Positions 8,694 through 16,992 of a stretch of DNA of 47,760 nt are shown here, one piece after another. The notes under the pieces are model-generated. The model had not been told where the DNA came from and did no database searches. It saw only the letters and a list, made by a program, of their open reading frames with translations. This DNA is from Kiritimatiellia bacterium. Its GTDB lineage: Bacteria; Verrucomicrobiota; Kiritimatiellia; SLOV01. Position 1 is the stretch's first letter. Each line of letters begins with the position of its first letter. The translations under genes were made by a program, and so were the position numbers. The DNA lies in contig CAUZEO010000004.1 of assembly GCA_963578625.1 (NCBI GenBank), forward strand, positions 1 to 47,760. The letters run 5' to 3'.

Positions 8694-9853
8694 AAGGGAA
8701 TATCTCATTGCACAAATTGACCATCGGGTTGGCCCTGCTCACCTTGGGTTGTCACTCCGCGTACGCTCGAACATGGACGAGCGTGAGTGGGACCACGATG
8801 GAGGCCTCGTTTGTTCAATTCGATGGGTCGCAGGTTGAGCTCGAGACGCCGAGCGGTAAACGCATGCGAATCGGCATTGATAGACTGAGCGAGGCCGACC
8901 GTGATTACATTCAAAACTTGAATCGGGAAGAAATGGCTGCGCCCAGAGGAGGGAAGAGCGGCGATAGACAGGAACAACCGGACCGGAGCACGCCACAGGC
9001 AAGTGACCCTTTTTTTGGTGGGGCAACCCTGGCGGAACCCGAATCGATCCCAGCTTCGAGCCTGCCGAAGGTGGAACTGCGAAATCCCGATTCGGCAACG
9101 TATTGGGGCGCACAATTGGGTCCACGATCCGAAGACGTCGCCTATTTTATTTTCGATCAGCCCGATATCGATTCACTGCATGACATCCTCTATGTCTACA
9201 GCCCCGGCTCTCCGCAATACCGCGTACCAAAAAAGATCGAGGCCCGGCGAACGAAGTACAAGAAGAGCGAAGAGGAGGAGTTTCGCATCTCCCGCTGGAG
9301 CGACATTCTTTTCACGATGAAGAATGGAACACTGGATACCCGATTCAATTTCGAGTTTTCCTACGGTATTCAGCGGCCGGACATCGCAGCCGTGGTTTTG
9401 CGCATCGAGCTTGTCGGTCCTGCCGGATTGAGCAGGATTCGAACCGGCGGCTACATCGTTGAAGAGATGGCCACGGGAATCGGCGACGTGACTCCGTCGA
9501 AAATGCTCGGACCCATCCGACTCGCTGCAGCCGGCGTCGCCAGAACAACCTCCAACTCCATCCAGGCGAACCTCACCATGCAGGGCCGTCGAGTGATTCC
9601 CGGCAGGGGCATGCCGGATGTAATCCGCGTCCAGCTCACCGATTCGAATGGAAAAATCAGGGAACGCCTCAAGCTTGAGATCGACGAGTCGCTCCTGCTG
9701 CGAATCAGTGGAGGCGGATTATCCAGTTCGGTGCATAAATTAAAGCCGCTGACCACCTACACCATCGATGCGACGGCCGGTTTCGGACCCGTCATAGGCG
9801 TAGTGACCTCAACGCGCGAATTCACCACAAAAGAGCCAAAGAAAAAAGATTAG
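8690..9853 (+). CDS. exported SHD1 (SLA1 homology domain 1)-containing protein
   Basis: Signal peptide, then ARTWTSVSGTTMEASFVQFDGSQVEL...GKRMRIGIDRLSEADRDYI (SHD1 pattern), a low-complexity linker and a beta-rich C-terminus. ATGA overlap with the rhomboid stop. Confidence 0.75.
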   Translation: MKGNISLHKLTIGLALLTLGCHSAYARTWTSVSGTTMEASFVQFDGSQVELETPSGKRMRIGIDRLSEADRDYIQNLNREEMAAPRGGKSGDRQEQPDRSTPQASDPFFGGATLAEPESIPASSLPKVELRNPDSATYWGAQLGPRSEDVAYFIFDQPDIDSLHDILYVYSPGSPQYRVPKKIEARRTKYKKSEEEEFRISRWSDILFTMKNGTLDTRFNFEFSYGIQRPDIAAVVLRIELVGPAGLSRIRTGGYIVEEMATGIGDVTPSKMLGPIRLAAAGVARTTSNSIQANLTMQGRRVIPGRGMPDVIRVQLTDSNGKIRERLKLEIDESLLLRISGGGLSSSVHKLKPLTTYTIDATAGFGPVIGVVTSTREFTTKEPKKKD

Positions 9854-10308
9854 CGGGTATACTCCGCAACTTCCAAAAGCACTCCGTCCGGATCCCTGAA
9901 GTAGCAGAGGCGCTTGGTGAGGCCCTCTCTTCCAACGGGAAACGGGACCCGTACCGGTTCGGAGTACAGGTGCACTCCCTGTTCACGAAGATGCGTTACG
10001 AACGTATCCAGATCATCTACCTGAAATGCAAGATGCCGCACGCCAATGGTATCGGGTAACTCGTTATAATCCGACGATGCGCCGCTTCCGGATCGGAAGT
10101 GAAGCAGTTCAATCCGGGTCGTGCCACCAGGAAACTCGTAGAAAACGCAGTCCGCGCACACGTCTTCGATTCCGGTGACCTCATCTACCCAGTCCCCTTC
10201 GAGGATTTTTCGAAACGACTCCGTGAGTCCCAACGTCTCCCCGTAGAATCGGCGGGACACATCGATATCTTTTACCACCAAGTTAATGTGATCTATGAGT
10301 TGAATCAT
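9850..10308 (-). CDS. VOC (glyoxalase/bleomycin resistance) family protein
   Basis: IDHINLVVKDID..RRFY, RIELL, GVRHLAFQVDDL and YFRDPDGVLLEV. Confidence 0.9.
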   Translation of the reverse strand: MIQLIDHINLVVKDIDVSRRFYGETLGLTESFRKILEGDWVDEVTGIEDVCADCVFYEFPGGTTRIELLHFRSGSGASSDYNELPDTIGVRHLAFQVDDLDTFVTHLREQGVHLYSEPVRVPFPVGREGLTKRLCYFRDPDGVLLEVAEYTR

Positions 10309-10368
10309 GCGGCAATATTTGGTAAGGTGTTCTCCTTCGTGTCTTCATCTTATGAAGTCACTCAGGTC

Positions 10369-10869
10369 ATGGCTACACTTTTTGGATATGGAACATTGTC
10401 GATCCCCGAAATCGTCAAGTGCCTGACAGGCGGCACATTGCCGACGGTCCCCGGGACTGCGCGCGGCTATGCACGGTACAGGATGAAGGGACGGACCTAT
10501 CCCGGCATCATTGCAGACCCGCGGGGTTACACCGACGGCGTCTTGTATGAAGATCTTGACGCTAAAACGCTGGGAATTTTTCATGCATTCGAAGACGACG
10601 TGTACGAGACAAGAGTGGTCTCGGTAGCCACCAGAACCCACATCGTGCAGGCCATCGCGTATGTCGTCCCGCCCGGCAACCGCCAATTGCTCTCCAAGGA
10701 CTCCTGGGACGCACAGCATTTCATGGAACAGCACGGGAAAAGATACCTTCGCATGTGCAGGAAATTCCGCGCCTGTTCCGCGAAGGACTATCCGGATCTT
10801 GGCGCCTCGGAGGACCATCCGGCGAATCGTCTCGAGTTTCCGATTTCCGATTTCCGATCCCGGTTTTGA
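10369..10869 (+). CDS. gamma-glutamylcyclotransferase family protein
   Basis: LFGYGTL N-terminal motif, YPGI, GVLY, FEDDVY and AIAYV. Start at ATG 10369. Confidence 0.8.
   Translation: MATLFGYGTLSIPEIVKCLTGGTLPTVPGTARGYARYRMKGRTYPGIIADPRGYTDGVLYEDLDAKTLGIFHAFEDDVYETRVVSVATRTHIVQAIAYVVPPGNRQLLSKDSWDAQHFMEQHGKRYLRMCRKFRACSAKDYPDLGASEDHPANRLEFPISDFRSRF
10837..10857. repeat. tandem heptamer (tttccga)x3
   Basis: Three exact copies inside the last codons of the GGCT ORF. Confidence 0.7.
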
Positions 10870-10876
10870 GCCGCAC

Positions 10877-10911
10877 AAAAAAACCCTCCAGGCAACGTGC
10901 CCGGAGGGTTT
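10877..10911 (-). terminator. Rho-independent terminator of the HU gene (probably bidirectional)
   Basis: aaaccctcc...ggagggttt stem with a 7-T tail on the minus strand, about 25 nt after the HU stop, between convergent genes. Confidence 0.8.
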
Positions 10912-10935
10912 CGATCATCGGCATTGCCCAGCGGG

Positions 10936-11271
10936 CTACACCATATCTTTGAGCCTTTTGAGCGGCACGACTTTGACCTTCGTCGTCGCGGGCTTCGCTG
11001 CAACGTCCATGGTCTCGCCGGGCTTGAACGGGTTGGGGACATTCTTCTGGGCCTTTCGGGCCGGCTTCTTCACGGTCTTGACCTTCAAGAGGCCGGGAAC
11101 CGTGAATGTACCGGAGCCGCCGCGGCCAAGGCTCTTGCCGATCAATCCGCCCAGTGATTCAAACACCGAAGCGACATCTTTTTTCGCCAGCCCTGTGTCC
11201 TCTGCGAGGGCACCAAGAATCTCACTCTTTGTCAGCGCCTTTTTGGGCGCCGCTTTTTTCTTCGCTGCCAT
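10936..11271 (-). CDS. HU-family histone-like DNA-binding protein
   Basis: MAAKKKAAPKK tail, LTKSEILGALAEDTGLAKKDV, FTVPGLLK and KPARK..VPNPFKPGETMDVAAKPA. Confidence 0.92.
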   Translation of the reverse strand: MAAKKKAAPKKALTKSEILGALAEDTGLAKKDVASVFESLGGLIGKSLGRGGSGTFTVPGLLKVKTVKKPARKAQKNVPNPFKPGETMDVAAKPATTKVKVVPLKRLKDMV

Positions 11272-11538
11272 AGGGTACGTTTTCCTTTCGGTTGATTTTA
11301 CCCGTGAAGCGCCGGTCGGTCCTCCTTGTGAACTCCGCACGCACCAAGTTGATACGCAGGATAGCTAAGTCGTGGAGAATGGCAACACCTCATCTCGAAA
11401 AATACTGATATAGTAGCGCGAAATGAATCTCCTGGTTTTCGAAAGGTACCGCAAATTAATTTGACATCGACCCATCCGGATCGTATTGAGAAGCTGCCAA
11501 AACGGCCACTTGGCAGTGCTCCCAAAGGAGGTGATCTC

Positions 11539-12294
11539 ATGAAAACAACCACCACTGGAACCTTGGCAATCGTCATTGCGCTCTTATTTGCAGCAAGTTG
11601 CACAAAACAGGCACAAAGCGACGTTGAAGAGATCGTTCAAGAAATTCACGCGACCAGTGAGCGCTTTGGAGAACAACTTACCGATGCCTCTGAACAGGTT
11701 TCCAACAGCCTGACAAACGCCGGGAAAGGTCTTGCGGAGGCTTTGCAGAACGTGCAAAACGCCGTCGAAGGGGGTCTCGGTGCCGACGCCGCGGACTTCC
11801 GGGAACTTCAAAAGGCGCTCCCCGAAGCAGTCGGAAACCTGGCCCCTGCCCCCAAACCAACCGGCGAAAGCCGACGAGAATTGGGCCTATCCACGTCGCA
11901 CGCCCAGCGCCGGTATTCCGCGGAAAACGGTGGCGAGTTGAAAGTGAAGATATCCGACGGCGGGACCATGCGGAGCCTCTTGGCCATCGCCGACAAAGCG
12001 CAAGCGGCCGCCCTTCAATACGACCGGGAGACCGAGACCGGGTTCGAGCGTACATCCCGTCATCTGGGCGGCAACGGAACGGAAATGTATGACGGAAACA
12101 CCGGCCGGTCCGAGATAAACCTGCTGTACGCGGACCGGTTTCTGATCTATATTGAAGCATACAACGTCCCGTGGGAAACCATGATCGCAGCCCGTGACGC
12201 GATTGACTTCGAGGTCCTCAACGGGCTCACCAACCAGGTGACAAAAACAGTCCAGGCGCCGAAAGTACAAGACGGCGAAGGAGCCCTTCAGTAG
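11539..12294 (+). CDS. putative lipoprotein
   Basis: Very strong SD (AAGGAGGTGA) before ATG 11539. Hydrophobic stretch ending in lipobox-like FAAS-C. Confidence 0.75.
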   Translation: MKTTTTGTLAIVIALLFAASCTKQAQSDVEEIVQEIHATSERFGEQLTDASEQVSNSLTNAGKGLAEALQNVQNAVEGGLGADAADFRELQKALPEAVGNLAPAPKPTGESRRELGLSTSHAQRRYSAENGGELKVKISDGGTMRSLLAIADKAQAAALQYDRETETGFERTSRHLGGNGTEMYDGNTGRSEINLLYADRFLIYIEAYNVPWETMIAARDAIDFEVLNGLTNQVTKTVQAPKVQDGEGALQ

Positions 12295-12317
12295 GAACTT
12301 GTTCAAAGAGACATCGC

Positions 12318-12977
12318 ATGAGCACGCCGGTTCCAGCCGTCCTCGACATCAACGAGATTTTTTTCAGCATCCAGGGCGAATCGTCCTGGATGGGAAAACC
12401 ATGCATCTTCATCCGCCTGTCCTTGTGCAATCTCCGGTGCTCATGGTGCGATACGGAGTATGCCTTCACGCACGGTACGCCGATGTCCTTCGACGAAATT
12501 CGCTCCCGGATCCAAACCTATCCCTGCCGCCTGGTCATGATCACCGGCGGCGAGCCCCTCTTACAGGAGCCGGTCACGGCATTGATGGAAAGTCTCTGCG
12601 ACACGGGGTTCGAAGTGATTCTCGAAACATCCGGTAGCGTCGATATCTCGCGCGTCGATCCGCGCGTACACAGAATCGTCGACGTGAAGTGTCCCGGCTC
12701 CGGCATGAAGGATGCCTGTCGAACGCAGGACATCCGATTGCTCACGGATCGTGATGAAGTCAAATTCGTAGTTCGAGACCGGGAGGACTACGAATACGCG
12801 CGAAAATTCATCCGCACACACGGGCTACACGAGCGCTGCACCGTGCTGATGTCACCCGTGTTCGACGAACTCCCCAATGTGCAGCTCGCGGAATGGATTC
12901 TCGAGGATGGGCTGCCCGTCCGGTACCAGCTTCAACTCCACAAATACATCTGGAACCCGCAAACGCGCGGAGTCTGA
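12318..12977 (+). CDS. queE: 7-carboxy-7-deazaguanine synthase (radical SAM)
   Basis: [35 protein letters not shown] and QLQLHK. Adjacent to queC. Confidence 0.92.
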   Translation: MSTPVPAVLDINEIFFSIQGESSWMGKPCIFIRLSLCNLRCSWCDTEYAFTHGTPMSFDEIRSRIQTYPCRLVMITGGEPLLQEPVTALMESLCDTGFEVILETSGSVDISRVDPRVHRIVDVKCPGSGMKDACRTQDIRLLTDRDEVKFVVRDREDYEYARKFIRTHGLHERCTVLMSPVFDELPNVQLAEWILEDGLPVRYQLQLHKYIWNPQTRGV

Positions 12978-12979
12978 CC

Positions 12980-13699
12980 ATGAACGATGAAAACGCGGAT
13001 CCAACCCAAAAAGCGGTCGTCCTTGTCAGCGGAGGGTTGGACAGTTGCGTCACCGCCGCCATCGCCCGGCAGCGGCACAGCCAACTTCTCTTCCTTCATG
13101 TGAATTATGGGCAGCGAACCGAGACACGCGAAAAACGGGCCTTTCACGATCTCGCCGATTTCTGGCAAGTTCACGATCTGCTCGATGTTGTGATCGACCC
13201 GCTGCGCAGGGTCGGCGGATCTTCACTCACCGACCCGGGCATCGAAGTGACCGAGGCAAACCTCGAGGCGGTCGATATCCCCTCCTCCTACGTTCCATTC
13301 CGGAACGCACATTTTCTCGCCGCCGCGGCGAGCTGGGCGGAGGTCACCGGCGCCGGTCGAATCTATATCGGCGCCGTCGAGGAAGACTCGTCCGGCTATC
13401 CGGATTGCCGGCCCGCCTTCTATGACGCCTTCAACGCGGTCATCGAGCTGGGCACCCGTCCGGACACTGCCATTGTGATCGAGACCCCGATCATCGAACT
13501 CTCCAAGCGGGACATCGTGCTACGAGGCATCGAGCTCGAAGCGCCCCTCCACCTCACATGGTCCTGCTACCGAAACGAAGAGTCCGCCTGCGGCACCTGC
13601 GACAGTTGCGCGCTCCGACTCCGGGGGTTCCAGCAGGCCGGCGTGGAGGATCCCCTTCCGTACGAGGCACAGGATCAAGCCCCCAAACGCAGAATTTGA
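12980..13699 (+). CDS. queC: 7-cyano-7-deazaguanine synthase
   Basis: [24 protein letters not shown] and TWSCY...CGTCDSC. Confidence 0.95.
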   Translation: MNDENADPTQKAVVLVSGGLDSCVTAAIARQRHSQLLFLHVNYGQRTETREKRAFHDLADFWQVHDLLDVVIDPLRRVGGSSLTDPGIEVTEANLEAVDIPSSYVPFRNAHFLAAAASWAEVTGAGRIYIGAVEEDSSGYPDCRPAFYDAFNAVIELGTRPDTAIVIETPIIELSKRDIVLRGIELEAPLHLTWSCYRNEESACGTCDSCALRLRGFQQAGVEDPLPYEAQDQAPKRRI

Positions 13700-13718
13700 T
13701 TGTCATTAATGCTTCGAG

Positions 13719-13784
13719 TTCTTTGTCGTAATCTTAATCGATATCGCATTCGGACCGCGGGTCGATTAAGAGTGCCACAAAGAA
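13719..13784. repeat. imperfect inverted repeat (ctttgtcg..ttaatcg / cgattaag..cacaaag family)
   Basis: tctttgtcgtaatcttaatcga (13720-13741) vs tcgattaagagtgccacaaaga (13762-13783): 19 of 22 positions complementary. Lies 20 nt after the queC stop. Confidence 0.7.
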
Positions 13785-13909
13785 GATCGATGCCGGGGCA
13801 TCCGCTTTTTCATCTTCTCTTCTTGCCCCTCTCCGGTCGGAAGCTCAGGCGCGCTACGCGCAATGACCTGAGGTGCGATCAAATCGAAGAGCCCGTGCAT
13901 GGAACGGGA

Positions 13910-14602
13910 ACCCCCTTAGTCGCGGGCGGCGCGCTGGCACCGAGGCACGGAATCAACCCGATTCGCCACCTCTGCAAACGCATCGGAGGTCTTCAAGGGC
14001 CGGGAGGAATCCATCGATCTCCCTTCCCGCACGCTCCGAATGGATGCGGGAGAGACTTCCGCGTGATGTTGATCCACGCCAAGGGGCACCTATCCCCTTC
14101 ACTGGATCAAAAATTAGGCGATCATGCGGCCCGGAAGCTTCGCCGGAGAGGGCTCCACATCCTGCTGAACCGATCCGTCAAAGCAGTGCCGTCAAAAATG
14201 GCGTACCTCCACGACGATACCTCCATCGACACCAACACCGTGGGGAATGCGCCGCACTCCCTGGTGCAGTCGTTCTGCAGAGCGGAGGGTTTGCCTCATC
14301 ATCACGGACGCATGGTCACCGAGGGCACCCGCAGGTGCCCGGGGACGAAACCCTTTGGGCTGCGGGCGACTGCGCCCGAATCCCCAGGCGTGACGGGGAG
14401 TTCTGCAAACCTATCGCCCAATACGCCTACCGCCAGGGCACCGGAGCTAATCGAAAAAATGCTGATGCATGGCACCCACAAAGTCCTCTTCGCCACCGAA
14501 GACGGCAAACTTCTCGAGATCGTAGCCCTCCTCGATCTCATCCCGGACGCGAAACAGGCCGAACCGGATTCCCCCGCCCCGGTTCCGCGCATCTCAGAGT
14601 AA
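13910..14602 (+). pseudogene. relic of a type II NADH dehydrogenase-like FAD oxidoreductase with a CBS-like tail
   Basis: Frame A: VAGGALAPRHGINPIRHLC, RVMLIHAKGHL...AARKLRRRG...TNTVGNAPH. After a 1-nt shift near 14330, frame B: QVPGDETLWAAGDCARIP...PIAQYAYRQG. Back in frame A: ELIEKMLMHGTHKVLFATEDGKLLEIVALLDL. GxGxxG regions are missing. Confidence 0.7.
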
Positions 14603-14625
14603 TTCCGGGTTAGCCCCTCGTGTGA

Positions 14626-15060
14626 CTATTTTCCGAAATAGAGGGCGTTGAACTTCGCAGCCAGCTCCCGGCTTTTCGATACGTGGACTGTGTCTACAGT
14701 CTGCTTGCACTTCATCGCACTGATCAGCATCTGGTGCAGGGTCGACAGCTTCGCCGGGTACTGCTCGGCATCCGCTTTGATCCTCTGCGTCATGAAATAT
14801 TCGGAAACGATCTTCTGAATATTGCCGGCATGACTTTCCTTGGTCACCGTCCACCGGGCAATGGTCGCGTAATCCGGTTTCGCGGCGGCGGAAAGTTCGT
14901 TGATCTTCCCCATCGCCTTTTCAATCGTCTGAAGGTCCTCTTCAATCATGGTAAAGCGCATTTCGTCCGTGTACACCCCGCACGGAACCTGGCAGTGAGA
15001 GAAAGACGAGACAACGCCGGCCAACAAACAGACAATCGATACCAACATCGAACGCATCAT
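14626..15060 (-). CDS. sodN: nickel superoxide dismutase with Sec-type signal peptide
   Basis: Ni-hook HCQVPCGVY directly after a hydrophobic leader (MLVSIVCLLAGVVSSFS), plus KESHA and AMKCKQ. Confidence 0.88.
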   Translation of the reverse strand: MMRSMLVSIVCLLAGVVSSFSHCQVPCGVYTDEMRFTMIEEDLQTIEKAMGKINELSAAAKPDYATIARWTVTKESHAGNIQKIVSEYFMTQRIKADAEQYPAKLSTLHQMLISAMKCKQTVDTVHVSKSRELAAKFNALYFGK

Positions 15061-15247
15061 CGGGAATACTCCTTTCGATTCATAACCCTCGCACCGCGAT
15101 CAACTCAAATAATCGCTTTAGCTTGCGACCATTGCCTCCCACGAAGAGCCACGGAGTGACCAAACATCCTCTCCGTTCTCTTCGTTTCCTTCTGTTCAAT
15201 TTCCGTTCGGTTGCGGCCGTGCTGTTTCGGACCCACCGAGGTTCGAC

Positions 15248-16837
15248 TCACGACTTCGCCGGAACCTGGGGCGCGGCGTCCAGGATCTCGGCCGTCGCGC
15301 GGTCCGCGTATTTCTTGAAATTCTCGACGAACATGGCGGCCAGCTTGGATGCCGTGCTATCGTACGCATTCTTATCTGCCCACGTCGTCCGGGGATTCAA
15401 AATCTCGGGCGGCACGTGATTGACAACCTTGGGGATCTCTAGCCCGAAAATGTCGAGCGTATCGAATTCCGCGCTCCGCATGCTGTTGTCGAGGACCGCA
15501 TCGATAATCGCGCGCGTATGCTTGAGAGGAAAGCGTTCGCCTACCCCGTATGCGCCACCCGACCAGCCGGTGTTCACCAGCCAGACCGTCGAACCGTGTC
15601 GATCAATCATCTCAGCAAGCATTTCAGCGTACTTGGTGGGATGCCAGACCAGGAATGCTGCGCCGAAACAGGCGGAGAAGGTCGCTTCCGGCTCGGTGAC
15701 ACCCACCTCGGTACCGGCCACTTTCGCGGTGTACCCGCTGATGAAATGATACATGGCCTGGCCGCGCGTCAATTTGCTCACCGGAGGCAGCACACCGAAC
15801 GCGTCACAGGTCAGAAATACGATGTTGTCCGGATGGCCGCCTACACATGGAATCTTTGCGTTGTCGATGTACTCCACAGGGTAACTGCACCGGGTATTCT
15901 CCGTGATCGAACCGTCCGAGTAATCCACTTTGTAGGTTTCCGGATCGTACACTACGTTTTCCAGCACGCTCCCGAAGCGTATCGCGCGGAAGATTTCCGG
16001 TTCCTTTTCTTCCGACAAATCGATCGTCTTGGCGTAACATCCGCCTTCGAAATTGAAAATGCCGTCCTCCGACCAGCCATGCTCATCATCCCCGATCAGG
16101 TTGCGGTTCGGATCCGCGGAAAGGGTCGTTTTGCCGGTGCCGGACAGCCCGAAAAACAAGGCGGTATCACCCCCGGATCCTTCGTTCGCGGAACAGTGCA
16201 TGGAGAGCACGCCCTGCTTTGGCAAGGTGTAATTCAGGACGGTAAAAATGCCCTTTTTCATCTCGCCGGCATACTCGGAACCGATGATCACCATCTCCTG
16301 GGATTTCAAGTTAAGACCGGAGCAGGTTTGACTTGTCAGCCCTTCAATTCCTTCCGATGCCAGCGCAACGCCCGCATTGTAGACCACCCAGTCAGGATCC
16401 CCGTACGAGGCCAACTCATCTTCGGTTGGCCGGATCAGCATGTTGTGCATGAAGAGCGCGTGGTATTCCCGGCTACAAATGATGCGGACTTTGATTTTGT
16501 ACTTGGGATCCCATCCGGCGAATCCGTCCACGACAAAAATGTCTTCACAGCCGTTCAGAAACTCAAGGGCCTCTTGCTTGATCCGGCCGAACGAGTCTTC
16601 GCTCAACGGGATGTTGACTTTGCCCCACCAAACGTCCTCTTTCGAGTCCGACTCTTCTACGACGCGCTTATCGCCCGGACTCCGACCGGTTTTCACGCCG
16701 GATTTCGCAATCATGGCGCCCGCGTCGGACGGGATGTACTCATCGCGCGCCATGGCCCCTTTGAAAAGCCTGGCCACACTGCGGTTGCGGTGGATTTTAG
16801 ACGCCGATATCCCCTGTTTTTTCAGATCAAAGCTCAT
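15248..16837 (-). CDS. pckA: phosphoenolpyruvate carboxykinase (ATP)
   Basis: TGRSPGDK, YAGEMKK, MHCSAN, FGLSGTGKTT, LIGDDEHGW, NFEGGCYAK and ENTRCSY. Start ATG 16837 with AGGGGAG upstream. Confidence 0.96.
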   Translation of the reverse strand: MSFDLKKQGISASKIHRNRSVARLFKGAMARDEYIPSDAGAMIAKSGVKTGRSPGDKRVVEESDSKEDVWWGKVNIPLSEDSFGRIKQEALEFLNGCEDIFVVDGFAGWDPKYKIKVRIICSREYHALFMHNMLIRPTEDELASYGDPDWVVYNAGVALASEGIEGLTSQTCSGLNLKSQEMVIIGSEYAGEMKKGIFTVLNYTLPKQGVLSMHCSANEGSGGDTALFFGLSGTGKTTLSADPNRNLIGDDEHGWSEDGIFNFEGGCYAKTIDLSEEKEPEIFRAIRFGSVLENVVYDPETYKVDYSDGSITENTRCSYPVEYIDNAKIPCVGGHPDNIVFLTCDAFGVLPPVSKLTRGQAMYHFISGYTAKVAGTEVGVTEPEATFSACFGAAFLVWHPTKYAEMLAEMIDRHGSTVWLVNTGWSGGAYGVGERFPLKHTRAIIDAVLDNSMRSAEFDTLDIFGLEIPKVVNHVPPEILNPRTTWADKNAYDSTASKLAAMFVENFKKYADRATAEILDAAPQVPAKS

Positions 16838-16992
16838 CGCTCCCCTTTCTTCTATTTGTATGTTAGGTCGGGCACTCTGTCCTAAGTGTGTCCAGTCACC
16901 CATTCAGGAATGCTGTGAAGACAGCAAACGGGCATACTCCTAAATTCCCGTTTCGATGTAAAGAATATCCCCACTACGGGGTCTTCAAATCT

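Noticed and set aside
12318-13699. queE/queC as part of a 7-deazaguanine DNA-modification (dpd) defence island
   Set aside because: No dpdA/tgt-like, dpdB-K, nuclease or mobile context. Housekeeping neighbours.
13700-14613. 300-aa and 246-aa plus-strand ORFs as intact genes
   Set aside because: Each carries only part of the NDH-2/CBS similarity. They are frames of one broken gene.
15518-16885. 455-aa plus-strand ORF, and similar long antisense ORFs over nqrB, nqrD, zwf, udp and malY
   Set aside because: Antisense shadows of well-supported genes, expected at high GC. No motifs.
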